A stretch of DNA of 64,000 nt, taken from NCBI RefSeq assembly GCF_006345805.1, contig NC_043010.1:3286001-3350000 (forward strand), written 5' to 3'. The position numbers were made by a program, and so were the translations under genes. The notes below the pieces were generated by a model. That model was not told where the DNA came from. It saw only the letters and a list, made by a program, of their open reading frames with translations, and did no database searches. The DNA comes from Octopus sinensis (lineage: Eukaryota). Positions 12,005 through 26,511 of the stretch are shown here, one piece after another (the stretch's first letter is position 1; every line of letters begins with the position of its first letter).

Positions 12005-12260
12005 ATACTCTTTACTCCTTTACTCTTTTACTTGTTTCAGTCATTTGACTGCGGCCATGCTGGAGCACCGCCTTTAGTCGAGCAATCGACCCCGGGACTT
12101 ATTCTTTTGTAAGCTGAGTACTTATTCTATCGGTCTCTTTTGCCAAACCGCTAAGTGACGGGGACGTAAACACACCAGCTTCTTTCAGTTTCCGTCTACC
12201 AAATCCACTCACACGGCATTGGTCGGCCCGGTGCTATAGCAGAAGACACTTGCCCAAGAT
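12005..12260 (-). mobile_element. SINE family A copy lacking the central microsatellite segment and head end
   Basis: Tail TACTCTTTTACTTGTTTCAGTCATTTGACTGCGGCCATGCTGGAGCACCGCC is joined directly at CACACCAGC|TTCTTTCAG to the head-proximal part. CpG-rich. Confidence 0.9.
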
Positions 12261-12261
12261 G

Positions 12262-12395
12262 AGCTGGCATGGGTTGGATAGTTCAGCTGAATCTAACAAG
12301 CTGGAGGAACTCTATCAAGGTCCAACGTCTGCTGCTTTGGCATGGCTAAAATGGCTGGATGCCCTTGCTGACACCAACCATTTTACATAGTGTAC
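12262..12395 (-). mobile_element. Repeat family B fragment (AGGAAGGGCATCCAG motif)
   Basis: GGCTGGATGCCCTTGCTGACACCAACCA is the reverse complement of the family B motif. Confidence 0.65.
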
Positions 12396-13295
12396 AACAC
12401 TGTATATGCAATAAAATACACACTAGCTCAGACATATGACTGTGTGTGTACATGTGTGTGTGTGTGTGCATGTGTATGTGTGCATTTGCTATATATATAC
12501 TTTAATCGATATGAATCTGATTACTGTGTGTGTATGTGTGTGTGTGTGCATGGTGTGTGTGTTTGTGTACGTGGTGTCTGTGTGTGTGCGTGGTGTCTGT
12601 GTGTTTGTAATGTTCATGATATAGCTGTATGTATTACTGCAAGTACAAATGATCATATTATGAAGTGTATGAATGTGTGTGTGCTTGAAACTTATTAAAA
12701 CAATTGTGTGTATGTGTATGTTCGTAATATTTATAATATTGCTGTATGTATGAGAACAAGTGTCTGTATATGCGTGAAAGTATGAGTATGCATGTATGTG
12801 TATGTGTGTGCATGTCTATATACATTACTGTGTGGTGCTATATATTTTAGGTTTGTATGTTTCTATGCATGTTAGTGTGGATAGAAGCGTGTGTCAGTGT
12901 ATCTGCGTATGCATTACAGTATGGTTCTGTATTATCTTTGTGTATATGTGTGCATCGCTATATACATATATAAATACATAAATATATACGTAAATGCATG
13001 CACACACATACGCATGCACATCTACATAAAGTCAAATAGAGAGTGCAAGGTTGCACATACATGCCTTGTACATTTGCATACATATATATATATATATATA
13101 TGTATATGTGTGTGTGTATATATTACATACATATATATATATATATAGATATATATATATATATACATATATATAGACATATGTTATATATACAATATCA
13201 ATATATACACATATATATAGACATATATATATACATATATATACATATACATGTATATATATAATATATACATGTATATATATACATATATATAT

Positions 13296-13502
13296 AACGG
13301 GAAGCTTTATGAAAATAAACAAAAGACGAAGGCAGGTGGAAAACAAACGAACAATGTATTAGTAGGCGCTCAGGAAATATAAATAAAACAAGTCTTTAAC
13401 GTTTCGAGCCTACGCTCTTCAACAGAAGATACACAGAGAGAAAAAAAAACACAGAAAGAAGGAGAGAAAAAAAATGCGTGCTGCAGTAGCTAACGAATCA
13501 AC

Positions 13503-13503
<1 letters not shown>
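13296..13503 (-). mobile_element. Short TA-flanked element with a hammerhead-like motif (A6U core variant)
   Basis: The minus strand at 13393-13430 reads TCTT-CTGTTGA-A-GAGC(GTAG)GCTC-GAAA-CGTT-AAAGA. Flanked by (TA)n. Related to 16862-17020. Confidence 0.65.
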
Positions 13504-13570
<67 letters not shown>

Positions 13571-13660
13571 TACAAACATACATACATACATACATACATA
13601 CATACTTAATACATACATACATACATGCAACATACATCATACATACATACATACTACATG

Positions 13661-13694
<34 letters not shown>

Positions 13695-13960
13695 TATTGT
13701 GTGTGTGTGTTTCCATGTTTGCATATGTAGGGTTGTTTTCAGGTAATGCCTAAATGCAGAAACTTTTGCGCATTTATATTTATACACATACACGAGCAAT
13801 AATGTATATTTCATAGCTTATGTGAATGTGTATGTGGAAAATTATGCATAATCATATGGAGATATGCATGTGATTATGCTTACATGCGTATAAATCTAAA
13901 TATTTTAGTATAAATACACACATATATATTTGTGTGTGTGTATGTGTGTGTGTGTGTGTA

Positions 13961-13996
<36 letters not shown>

Positions 13997-14069
13997 TCAG
14001 TAGGTGGATAGGTGTGTATGTGCATCAATGCAAAGCCTTTTGTAGTATGCATATATATATATATACATA

Positions 14070-14114
<45 letters not shown>

Positions 14115-14467
14115 ATATATATATATATATATATATTTACATATATATGTATGTGTATATGTACATACCTAGGCATATGGGTGTAAGATATGCACTTAAG
14201 AGAACTTCAAACAACGAATATATTCCTAAGCAGTTCAGCAATCACAATAGGCTTCAGATTCAATAGGAAGTTACTTTCACTTTCAGTTCCAACACCAACA
14301 ATGAACACATTACATTTTACTTGTTAAAATCTAACAAATAAATTTCTTGTTCATTTCAAAAACATTTTTCTCTTTTGATTTGTTCCTCTTATTTTTCATC
14401 TATTATATTTTCTTTTGCTTCTATTTATTGATGTTTATTTACTATAAGAATAATAATAATAATAATG

Positions 14468-14520
<53 letters not shown>

Positions 14521-15263
14521 ACCATCATCCTCATCATCATCATCATCATCATCATTATTATTGTCATTGCTGATGTTATCCTTTATTATTTTCCTGTGAA
14601 ATCTCCAGTAATTTATTAAACATCTCCAATTAAAAATGATTATGATGATGATGATGATGATAACAACAACAAATACAAATTCTACAATTCCACCCCAAAA
14701 CATTATGCTTACTGAAAGGAAGAATACTTTATTTGTGTCAACCAGATATTTCAATCCTTAAATGTGTAACAGCTTAAAAATTCTATGGTATTTTAACATA
14801 TACTTAGAGAACATTACTTCTGTTTATTCATATATATGTTTTTCCCATATAACAAAAGCATATTGTTGTTAATGTATTTTCTTTTATACATGTCAGCACT
14901 CACTTCACTAAACTACTGTAAACATTCCAGATATCTAATATAGAGAAATGCTTATGAAATTATATTTACCGCAAAAGAGAAACAGAATTATCAATGAACA
15001 GAGAGTTAAAAGGTGAAGAACGGACAAAAACTAAATAACAGATAGAGATTATTTTCACAGAGATGCTTATATAGACATATTTATAAGTGTGTGCATGTGT
15101 GGGTCCATATACACAAACACACATGCACACATACATATGTGCATGCATGTGTGTGTGTGTGTGGGTGTGTTATTGAAAGATAGATACAGACAGTGAAAAA
15201 GTGTGTATAAATATAAGGCATTAAATATACCCTATATTTAATGCAAAGACACTATTTTACATA

Positions 15264-15622
15264 GATGCGATGCCAGCGCCGCCATAGGCCAATGCCAGTG
15301 CCGCCTAGGCCGATGCCAGTGCCGCCTTGACTGGCTTCTGTGCCAGTGGCACGTTAAAAGCACCAACCGATCGTGGCCGATGCCAGACCCCACCCTGGCA
15401 CCTGTGCAGGTGGCATGTAAAAAGCACCCACTACACTCGCAGAGTGGTTGGCGTTAGGAAGGGCATCCAGCTGTAGAAACACTGCCAGATCAGACCGGAG
15501 CCTGGTGCAGCCCCTGGCTTCCCAGACCCCGGTCAAACTGTCCAACCCGTGCTAGCGCGGAAAACGGACGTTAAACGATGATGATGATGATGCTGATGAT
15601 GATGATGATGATGATGATGATG
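15264..15622 (+). mobile_element. Repeat family B (SINE or RTE-LINE 3' end) with (GAT)n tail
   Basis: GTGGCACGTTAAAAGCACC...GGTTGGCGTTAGGAAGGGCATCCAGCTGTAGAAAC...GGACGTTAAACGATGATGATG. Three ~21-bp GATGCCAG repeats at the 5' side. CpG-rich, probably young. Confidence 0.85.
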
Positions 15623-16089
15623 TATTAAATGTTGATTATATAAAACTGTTTGTGTGTTTGTATATGTCTACAAACATGCATACGAACAAACATATTTGTA
15701 TTTATGTATGTGTATAGGCACAAGTATGGCTGACGGGTTGAGAAGTTTCCTCTGCAACTCCATGGTTTTGGTTTCAGTCACTATGTGGCACCTTGGACAA
15801 ATGTGTTCTGCTGCCTGACCAAAGGTTCGTGGGTGGATTTGGAAAATAGGAAGTGAAAGAAGTCTTTGGCACACACACACACATACACACACATACTTCA
15901 CACACACACACACACATATATATATGGTTTATATGAAGAAGCTAGTAGTGTCAAATTCCCTCCTTCACAATAAGCTAATAGCATAAGGTTGGCCATTGCA
16001 AAGGTGATTGCATTGGTAGTGCTCCAGCATGCCTGCAGCCTTGGGGCTGAAACAAATCAAAGAATATATATATATATATACATACATAT

Positions 16090-16126
<37 letters not shown>

Positions 16127-16145
16127 TATACATACATATATATAT

Positions 16146-16179
<34 letters not shown>

Positions 16180-16187
16180 GATATATA

Positions 16188-16243
<56 letters not shown>

Positions 16244-16314
16244 TATATATTATATATATATATATATAATATATATTATATATATGTATATATATATATA
16301 TATATATACACACA

Positions 16315-16350
<36 letters not shown>

Positions 16351-16352
<2 letters not shown>

Positions 16353-16658
16353 AGCACTCCGTCGGTTATGATGATGAGGATCCTAGCTGATACGATCAAT
16401 GGAATAGCCTGCTCATGAAATTAACGTGCAAGTGGCTGAGCACTCTACAGACACATGTACCCCTAACATAATTCTCAGGGAGATTCAGCGTGACACAGAG
16501 TGTGACAAGGCTGGCCCTTTGAAATACAGGTACAACTCATTTTTGCCAACTGAGTGGACTGGAGCAATAAAGTGTCTTGCTCAAGGACACGTGTCACTGG
16601 GAATCGAACTCACAATCTTACAATTGTGAGCCGAATGCCCTAACCACTAAGCCACATG
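16351..16658 (-). mobile_element. Full-length tRNA-derived SINE family C
   Basis: Minus-strand head GGCTTAGTGGTTAGGGCATTCGGCTCAC...GAGTTCGATTCCCAG, then GTGTCCTTGAGCAAGACACTT. The tail abuts (TA)n. Confidence 0.85.
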
Positions 16659-16861
16659 TATGTATGTATATAGATGGATGGCTAAATAGATAGATAGATA
16701 CATATATACTTACACATCAGACACATGCATAAACACACAGGCACACACACACATATACGTATATATTCTTTTATTCTTTTATTAGTTTCAGTCATTTGAC
16801 TGTGGTGATGCTGGAGTACCACACACACACACACACACACATACACAAACACACACACATA

Positions 16862-17020
16862 GTTGAAATCTACAGAAAAGCAAAAGACGAAGACAGGTAT
16901 ATAAACAACAAGTAGATATATTAGTTCAATGCTCAGGAAGGTAAGAAAGTCTTTTACATTTCGAGCCTGTGCTCTTCAGCAGAAAGGAACATGAGGAAAT
17001 AAACAGAGAGAGAATAAAAA
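16862..17020 (-). mobile_element. Short element with a hammerhead-like motif (A6C core variant)
   Basis: The minus strand at 16951-16986 reads CTTT-CTGCTGA-A-GAGC(ACAG)GCTC-GAAA-TGT-A-AAAG, with 4-bp stems I and II. Adjacent to a (CA)n tract. Confidence 0.6.
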
Positions 17021-17214
17021 TAACTTTTGGAGTTAGCAGTCAATCATACATACACAGATATATTTATGGTGGTTGCTGGCAGCTCTCCTTTGATTGGAAC
17101 ATGGTAGGAATGCTTCTATTGGTTATGGAATTACCGATATTATTTGTCAGTCAGAGTACCTGACACCCATGTCATTATTCCTTAGAAATACATACATACA
17201 TACACTTCTAATAC

Positions 17215-18310
17215 CTATTAGAGAAACTTGATAATAAAAACTAACAACTACTTCTAAGGAACAGTCAGGGAATTTAAAAGCACCTATTTCAAATGTGCTC
17301 TTACTACTTATTGCATGTGTATATCTGCTGGATATGGAATCTACTCTCTCTGATTTCTTTACATATTTTGCATGTCCATAGTTTACATTAAAAACATTGT
17401 ATGGAGTTTCTACTTATTCCTCTTCCTTATATAGAACATGGCTATTTCTTTAACATTATCAGAGTTCTATCTTCGTCCCTACTTACTAAAACTTTAGTCT
17501 TTGTTAATTTTATTTTAAAGACTTTCAGTTCCAGGTTTGGCTTCTACGTCTGGAATTTTTTTTCACTATCAACTACATGTTCAACTATAAGAATCAGGTC
17601 ATCAGCAGATACAAACATAAATGCAAAAATAAAAACAACTGCAATAATAAATACAACAACAGCAAACAACAATAATAATAATAACATCAACAACACCTCT
17701 GTTATGGCCAGAAGGACTATAATAAACAGGAAGGAGCTGAGGACTGAACCTTAGTAGATCTCTGAATACTAAATTCATTACTATACTCACTGCTAATTCT
17801 CAGGTTTCTGACTGCATTACTGTGCATCGTTTGCACAGCCCTCATAAGACATTTGTGTATCCTCAGTTTTTTTTTTTATCGCTTTCAAGATTAGAAAGCA
17901 TGGAAACCTGTCAAATACTTTCTACAGCTTGAATAAATGTTAAATACAATGGATTACCCTCAGCTAAGTATATATCCTGTAGTTGTCTTACTAGGAAGAC
18001 GTATCAGCAGCACCACTTCCTGTTACAAAGCCAAACTACATCACCTCTAGGCTAATTTTCTTTCAAATGAGTTGTGCTATTATTCTTTCTGTTACTTTTA
18101 TGACAAGCTTATGAGCCAGTAGTTTCTTGTTGTGCATCACATTTTCCCTAATAGCAGCTGATGATACTGCTAAACCACTCACTGTGTATAACACCACCCT
18201 GTCCTTCCTGATTGACGATGCACAAGACTATATATTTGGCCAAGTTAGCCAAATATTTTCAGCATCTGTGTTCCTATACCTGATGTTTCAGTTGCCTTCC
18301 TTACTTTCAA
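17215..18310 (-). mobile_element. Decayed RTE-clade LINE reverse transcriptase fragment
   Basis: Minus-strand peptides across stops and frameshifts: SEWFSSIISCY, FGFVTG, LVRQLQDIYLAEGNPLYL, GSVLSSFLFIIVLLAITE, SADDLILI, KTKVLVS, the Cys-rich PCSI..NSIQC..CKLWT segment, and LEVV.SFYY. Confidence 0.85.
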
Positions 18311-18883
18311 ATCCTTAATTATTCCAACTGCAAAGCCATAGCATATTTTGAAGGCTTGCCTTTTTGGTGGGCCTGATGAGGACAGCCCCCTCTCAGTGAG
18401 ACAGCATAAGGGAAATAGTGAGCAATGACCTAGAGAGTGAAAAATAGGGAGGGCTGGAATAATAACAAGGAGAACAAAATATAGTGTGAAGAATAACAGA
18501 ATAAAAGAGGAGAGGTAGGAAGTGAATGCTAGAACAGTACAATAGAGATTGGAGAGTTAGAGAGGTCTGGTAAAATAACTGAAGTGAAAAAATGATAGAG
18601 AACTTAAATTTGGGAGAACTGAATAAAAATATAATGAAGGGCAGGCAGGTATTTCCTGAGACAGCAAAAGAAAAATGAGAAATAGAAAGAGAGACAGATC
18701 ACTAGAAGCTGCAGAGTGACACAAGGGCTGAAAGTTTGATAAGAGCCATGCATGAAACTCATGAGCACATGAGTCATTGTACAACTTATGCTGAGTGAAA
18801 ATAATAAGACACATATAGACATGTACTGAGTTTTATTTATCCTGTTTGTCCAACCAAACCTATACACATGCACACACATACAT

Positions 18884-18955
<72 letters not shown>

Positions 18956-19734
18956 AAACATGCAGACATGGCCACAAGATTAAAATGCTTGTTCATAATC
19001 TTGTAATTTAGGTTCATTCCTACAGCAAAGGCACTGTGAGCAGAGGTCTTTTACTACGGCCTTGAGTTGACTAAGAGCTTGTGCACAAAAGCTCGTTGTA
19101 TATTCATTCCATAAGAAATCCACTGTGCGTGTGCATGCTTGTGTGTGGTGTGTGTGTGTGTGTGTGTTTGAATGTGTTTGTGTGTTTTCACCTTTACTTG
19201 ACAATATGTTTGCTCTGCATAAAATCAACATCACTGTCCATACAAACATTGTCATTATTCACAATCTGCCATGAAAACATTTTTGACTACTGAGCTGTTC
19301 ATTATTTGTGTGTGTGTATGTGAACATATATACATACATTCAGACATATATGTGTATGTGTGCATGCATGTTTGTGTGTACATACATATATGTATGTACA
19401 CACATATATGTATTGTATGCATTCTTATACAAACACACAAATACATATACACTCACACATATTTATACATGTGTATATACATACATACAAATATGCATAT
19501 GTAAAATAGGAAATATACATATATAAAAATACACATATGCAGTTCCCTGCTCAATTTACCTAAATTTCATCAAGCATTCATCACACAGTTTAGTCATCAG
19601 ACAACTGTCCAAATTGACGAACTTTGTCAAATAGATTCTCTAATGAATAATTAATTTCTACTAAATTGAACAGCAGACTTAGAGTTTCATCTAAAAAAAG
19701 TCTGAGGCTTTCTTTAAAAAAAAAGATAAATAAT

Positions 19735-19972
19735 CACATGTCCTTCCCAAGCCATTGGCTTATAGGGCTGGTTTCCTGCAATTCTGTGAGGAATATATTC
19801 CTTGCCAGAAAAGGATACCATTCCAGCTCAGGATTACTTATTTTTGCCAGCTGAGGAAATGGAGCAATGTGAAATGAAGTGATCTGCTCAAGAACACAGG
19901 GCATCACACACTCCAGGATTTGAAACTACAATTATATGATCACAGGTGTAACACCCTAACCACTAAGCCATA
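19735..19972 (-). mobile_element. Decayed SINE with family-C-like head and Meta-like tail
   Basis: CCCTAACCACTAAGCC head remnant, TGCTCAAGAACAC, and TATAGGGCTGGTTTCC, which corresponds to the reverse complement of the GGGAAACCGGCCCTTA tail of the SINE at 2217. Confidence 0.65.
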
Positions 19973-20220
19973 TGACACTACATGGCCACCTATTATTTTT
20001 TTATACATACCTCACAAAGTAATGTATTGAGTACTGTATTTTGTTCATTCAACCAATTTGTGTGTGTGTGCATGTGTGTGTGTGTGTGGGGGTACAGGTG
20101 TGTGTGTGTGTGTGTGTGTGCGTGAGTGTGTGGGTTTTGATCTATAACAAATAAACAAATTGATAATGACATCACTCAGAAAAGCAAAGCAGATTGAATT
20201 AAAGCTTCCTGTTCACTAAG

Positions 20221-20295
20221 TTGTGTGTTCAATTCTGAATCTGGTGCAATACTATCATATCTAAATGCAGAAACAATGACAGGATTTGGAAATAA
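20221..20295 (+). CDS. Candidate internal exon (unidentified gene)
   Basis: cttcctgttcactaag|...|gtaaag, 75 bp, phase 2-2, open as CVFNSESGAILSYLNAETMTGFGN. No recognised homology; could be chance. Confidence 0.22.
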
Positions 20296-20845
20296 GTAAA
20301 GAAAATAGTGAGGAGTGACTCACAGAGAGACAGAGAGCAAACAAGAGAGGAGGCACAGGGTGTAAGTGAAAGTGAAAGTAAATCTAAGGGTGGGAGGTGA
20401 CCGACAGACTATCAGGAAATTGACCAGTGTTCAATGTGAGAATAAATCTCCTCACATGAGAATAGAAATTGCGTGCTTTTATAGACATATACATAGACAT
20501 TTACATACATATTTACAAAGATACTTTAGTACAGCAGTACATCTATATGCAAAAGATAAAATCTCAGGTTTAAATACACTCATACTTCAATACTTACTTA
20601 CACAAGCTAACATGCATATATATGAGTATATATATGCAGAGATTGATATATATAATACAATATATGTATAGATACATATAGTTATATAACTATAGACACA
20701 CAAATATATATCTAAAAATATATATACATATGCATGAACACACACACACATATATATATCTACTTAAATTTATATATATATATATATATATATTTACATA
20801 AATATATACATATGTATGTAATTATTATATATGTATATGTACATA

Positions 20846-20882
<37 letters not shown>

Positions 20883-20973
20883 ATATAATATATATAGATA
20901 TCTGCAGATACATATAGGCATATATATACATATGCATATATATACATTCAACATACACACACATATATTTATG

Positions 20974-21035
<62 letters not shown>

Positions 21036-21156
21036 TACATACATACATCATACATACATACATCATAATATATAATATATATAAATATGTATATATATAA
21101 TATATAATATAATTATATAATATTATACATACACATACATATATATACATGTATTC

Positions 21157-21187
<31 letters not shown>

Positions 21188-21287
21188 TTTTCACACACAT
21201 ATATATGTGTGTGGTGTGGGTAGAGGTAGGTAGATAGATAGATAGATAGATAGATAGAATGATAGATAGATAGATAGATAGATAGAT

Positions 21288-21318
<31 letters not shown>

Positions 21319-21446
21319 GGATAGATAGATAGATAAATAGATATATCTGTTTTTATATCTATGTACATTTATATATAAATATCTCTGAATACAAATACAA
21401 CAAAACATATATTTGAGCATACAAAACAATGCATACACACACAAAC

Positions 21447-21487
<41 letters not shown>

Positions 21488-21589
21488 GTATACATGTGTA
21501 TAAAAATGTACACAAATAAAAATGTATGTACTCACACTTTAATTTAAATATATATGCACAACACACACATACATATATACATATGTGTT

Positions 21590-21640
<51 letters not shown>

Positions 21641-21891
21641 ATACATGTTTATATATTCATATATGCAATATGCATATATATGTATACACATGCACACATA
21701 AATGCCCATACAGAAAAGAAACGTGTAAAACTTTTGGGCCTATTTGGTTAATGACACAACAGCATGTATAGAATACTTTTTAACTTACTTTCTATATCAA
21801 AGTAAAATGTTTGGGAGGAACACCATCCATGAGTACATATGCATGCACAGTTGTGTAGTTTCATGCGCGCACACACACACACACACACACG

Positions 21892-21929
<38 letters not shown>

Positions 21930-21973
21930 GAGTGACAGAGAGACAGAGAGCAATTAACAGAATGAAGGAGATT

Positions 21974-22099
<126 letters not shown>

Positions 22100-22109
22100 T
22101 ATAGATATA

Positions 22110-22180
<71 letters not shown>

Positions 22181-22726
22181 CATACATAAAGAAATACAAA
22201 CAGTTAATAAGTGATAAATTATTTTTTTCCTTTTTTACCAATTTGAACATTACATTATTATGAATTTATTATGAATTAAAACTTTGTAAAATGCTGCAGC
22301 AGAGGAAGATTTTATGAAGTGTATAATTCATTAGATCAACAAGGTAATGCCCCAGCATGGCCATAGTCTGATGACTGAAACAAGTAAAAGATCAAATACC
22401 TTAAGAAAACTAACTTTTAGTGTTCTTAAATTTTTAACATTTATCAGGCAGTAATTAGTTTATTGTTTTCTGTTTAATTAATTGGGGAAATGTTGAAAGT
22501 GTGAGAGGGGTGTGATAGAAACTTAAGTTTTTAACTGAACAGCACATGTAGAACACAAATCATACACCCATACTTTTCGTTTTCTTTAGCTGCATCTGTT
22601 CTTACTTGTGCATGTGTTTATCTGTATAAGAGCATGCATGTATGTGTATACACGTATGTGTGTCTATGTGCATACATTCACAGACACCTACACATAATCA
22701 GACACATGTATGTATATATATATATA

Positions 22727-22806
22727 TATGTGTGTGTGTAGACGTACGTCCAAACACACAGATAAATACATATATATATGTGCACAAATACTCACACACA
22801 CACATG

Positions 22807-22856
<50 letters not shown>

Positions 22857-22874
22857 TTATATATAAATATATAC

Positions 22875-22916
<42 letters not shown>

Positions 22917-23006
22917 TATATATATATGTGTGTGTGTAGACGTACGTCCAAACACACAGATAAATACATATATATATGTGCACAAATACTCAACACACAC
23001 ACATGT

Positions 23007-23063
<57 letters not shown>

Positions 23064-23090
23064 TATATATATAAATATATACATAAATAT
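22727..23090. repeat. Tandem duplication (198-bp period) of a compound microsatellite block
   Basis: GACGTACGTCCAAACACACAGATAAATACATATATATATGTGCACAAATACTC starts at 22741 and again at 22939. Confidence 0.9.
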
Positions 23091-23094
23091 TAAT

Positions 23095-23125
<31 letters not shown>

Positions 23126-25201
23126 TATATAAAATATATATGTATGTATATATATATATATATATATATTAGATATATATATATATATTATATGAAGAAG
23201 TATATATTTGTGCACATCTGTGCATGCTTGTCTGTGTGTTCGTGTATACATGATTATATGCATGGCAACATAGTTTTGGAATAACAACATCCACTTACCA
23301 ATTCAAGTACATCCTTCCCAGTGAGTTGTTTAGCTGAAATGTGTATCCTGCAGTAGAGTTCTACAGTCACTACTACTGCTGCTACGGCTGCTGCCACTGT
23401 CATTGCCACTGCTGCCACTGCTGCTGCTGCTGCTATGGCTGTCACTGGGGTTATGTGTAGGCAGTGTTATGTGGCTCAGGATATAGTGTGACTGTTACAG
23501 TGATATAAAGTAGTGATATATAGTGATATGTATGAAGAAAGGTAAGAGATATGTATGAAAAAAGGTAAGAGATAAATAGAGGGAGTGAAGGAGATAGGGA
23601 GGGGGAGAGAGAGAGTTTGAAACTTAAGGTGTGAAATACAGAATGCAATGTAGAGAAACAGACGAGTATGGAAAAAAGTTTGTGTTTTGGGAAGAGGAAC
23701 AAACATCTGTGGCCCTACAAAGGGAAATGGTTAGCATGTGTGCTTGACTTTAGCCAGTGGCAGGCTGTATAGAGTTTAAGTAGGAGATAGAAAACCCTGC
23801 CTGTCTTTAAATCCAGCAAGCCATAGTGTAAATTTTAATAAAGTGATGACTCATTGAAAATTTTATTAAAACATTTTTTTTAAAATAAAACAAAAAAACT
23901 ACATTCAAAATAAAATGCCTATAAATATATATTTTTATTAAATTGTATGCCCCTTAGTTTTCAAATTATCTGAATCAAAATAATTTTTTTAAATTACATT
24001 TTTCAAAAAATACAAAAATAGAAAAGATATTATACAGCTGTTAATGATATTTCTCAGAAATTTAAGAAAGATTTAACATCAATATTTTAAAATTAATTCA
24101 AGTTAATATCATTGAAATTTTTTTTGTTTAATTTATTAAAAATTTTTTTATTTCTTTTTACCATTCCCACTCCATTATTTTTTTCTGTGACTCTGTCTTT
24201 TTGCCAACTGTGGGCATCTAAATTTAAAGTCTGCCCACATTTTATATCTTTTTAAATTTTGTCTATTTTTACTCCATATTTTTTATACTTTCATTTACAT
24301 ATTTTTTAAAGTATTTTACTAACAGTGTCACTTACTATTCAAGAAATACAGACTTATATCATAGATTGAGAGATCAATAAGCATGGAATGGAAAATATTG
24401 ATCCTCCTCCACCTATCCTCCAACCTTTTATTGATTAATTTGTTCGTTGTTTTTTCTTTCTTTTTTTACTCTTTTGATTTTTATTACTGTTGGCAGTGTT
24501 GCTTTTTTTTGTATAATTATTTTTTCTTTTTGTTTATTAAATATAAAGGAATAAATAAAATTAGGCAATTTCATTGAATTCTCTGAATTACTTCTGTGTT
24601 GATCAGTTTAAAAGGATGTTTAGTTTTGTGCAAATTATAGCAAAAGACTGGAATATTACTGACAGAATATAAAATTATAAACACAAATAAAACCAAAAAC
24701 TAAAAGACAAAAACTATAGAAAGCAAATAGAAAAATACACTCAAAGCTACACATGAAATCAAAAGAAATGGTTGCCTCTGTGTGTGCTGTGTGCGTATCT
24801 GTGAATACAGTTGTGTGCATGCATATACAATACTCATATATATGTATTTATATTGCTTTCACATGAAACATATGAGCGTATGAGTGTGTATGTATAAGTG
24901 TGTGTATGTACATAAAATGCACATATCCAATATATATATACATATTTATACACCCAAAACCACACTTACCCATTTATGTGCATGTGTAATTGTGTGTGCA
25001 TGTGTTTATAATAAAAATGTAGTTGTAACAAATATACTGTAAACTATATATATATACACACATATATATACATATATATACTCATATATATATATATACA
25101 TATATATACATATATATATACATATATATATACATTTATCTACATACATATACATGTATATATCTATATATATATATCTACATGCAAATATGGGTATATG
25201 T

Positions 25202-25232
<31 letters not shown>

Positions 25233-25731
25233 AGTGAGTGTGTGTGTGTGTGTGTATGTGTGTACAGACTCTAACATATATATACTTATCTGTGCTTGTT
25301 TATGTATACTACTTTACTTTTATATATAACAAGAAAGAATTTAAAAACACTTACCTTTCAGACATATTCTATTCAGGTTTTTGTTATTTTTTTCTCATAC
25401 ATTTGAAAAGAATATTTTGAAAATCTTTTTGTTTTTTGTTTTCCAATAAGTCCTTCAGTTGTACAGCAACCTAATACACACTGTGTGGTTTAATGCCATC
25501 ACCAACTGGCTTTCAGATGCCTTAAGCAGAGTTCACTCTTTTGCAAACATTCAGACCAGACTTCTTTCTTCTTTTACCTATTAAAAATTTTTTTTACTCG
25601 CAGACCTACAGAAGTTCAGGATTAGTATCAGCTAGATCAGATTTTAGGAAAATCTGCCTCAAGACTATTGGCTCATGAAGCAAAAGCTTATCTGAATTTT
25701 TAAGGTGTTTAGATTGAGATTACAAGATTAC

Positions 25732-25861
25732 CTTTTGAACATGTTACTGGTATATCACAGAATTCCATGTGTTGTTGGTACTCATTTTCAAGCAAGTGGA
25801 CAGGAGCATTGTGAAAAAAAGGCCTTCCTCTAAATCTAAATACTTTACCAGGTCCAAGAAC
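25732..25861 (-). CDS. Candidate internal exon (unidentified gene)
   Basis: tttag|...AAAG|gtaatc, 130 bp, open as VLGPGKVFRFRGRPFFHNAPVHLLENEYQQHMEFCDIPVTCSK. Weak polypyrimidine tract; no recognised homology. Confidence 0.3.
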
Positions 25862-26511
25862 CTAAACTTTGATGTAATGATGCTATTCCCTAACTGCTAT
25901 CCCAGATGCTTAAACCACTTTTGAAAACTTGCAAATATTATGGATATCCTTGTCCTTATGGTTAACTTTATAAAAAAGGAAAACCTATTCAAACTATAGA
26001 GTGAGGACAAAAATAAGCCCAACTTAAAGAGTGGTTTTGGGTTCGGAAAAGATTTAAAAACCTTTGTGTGTGTTTATCTTAGTATGTTTTTGCGTGTTTT
26101 CTTGTTCTCTATAATGATTTCAACTTGTTTGTATTGTATAATCTTCTGTTTCAAATGGTGAAGGAAAATGAAAAGTATCCACTAATTGTATTTTTCAACC
26201 AATTAAAAATGTACAACTCTGTTTAATCATGCCATGAAGTTTTCTACAGAATCTGTAACTTTGTTATTCATGAAAGGAACCCTTAAGCTGCTTGTATTTA
26301 TTTTTACTTTAGCTGTTTCCACAATATTTAGAAAATACAATGTAATTACATCTTACCATAATGAACTTTTTCAGGCAAGGTAATTAATAAAATTACTCAT
26401 TTATTTATGTTTAAGTCTTATTTTTAATTATTTTATAATTATTTTCATTTCTATGTAAATCTTCACATGCAGCAGAATTATTGCTTCCTAACTGATTACT
26501 TTACCGTTTAC

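Noticed and set aside
15269-15330. Short regularly spaced direct repeats (also 54705-54750, 58245-58303) as a CRISPR-like array
   Set aside because: Only 2-3 units, no unique spacers, located inside eukaryotic repeats, and no cas genes.
18362-18415. CTGATGAGGACAGCC...GAGACAGCATAAGG as another hammerhead
   Set aside because: No GAAA, no closing stem II and no stem I pairing on either strand.
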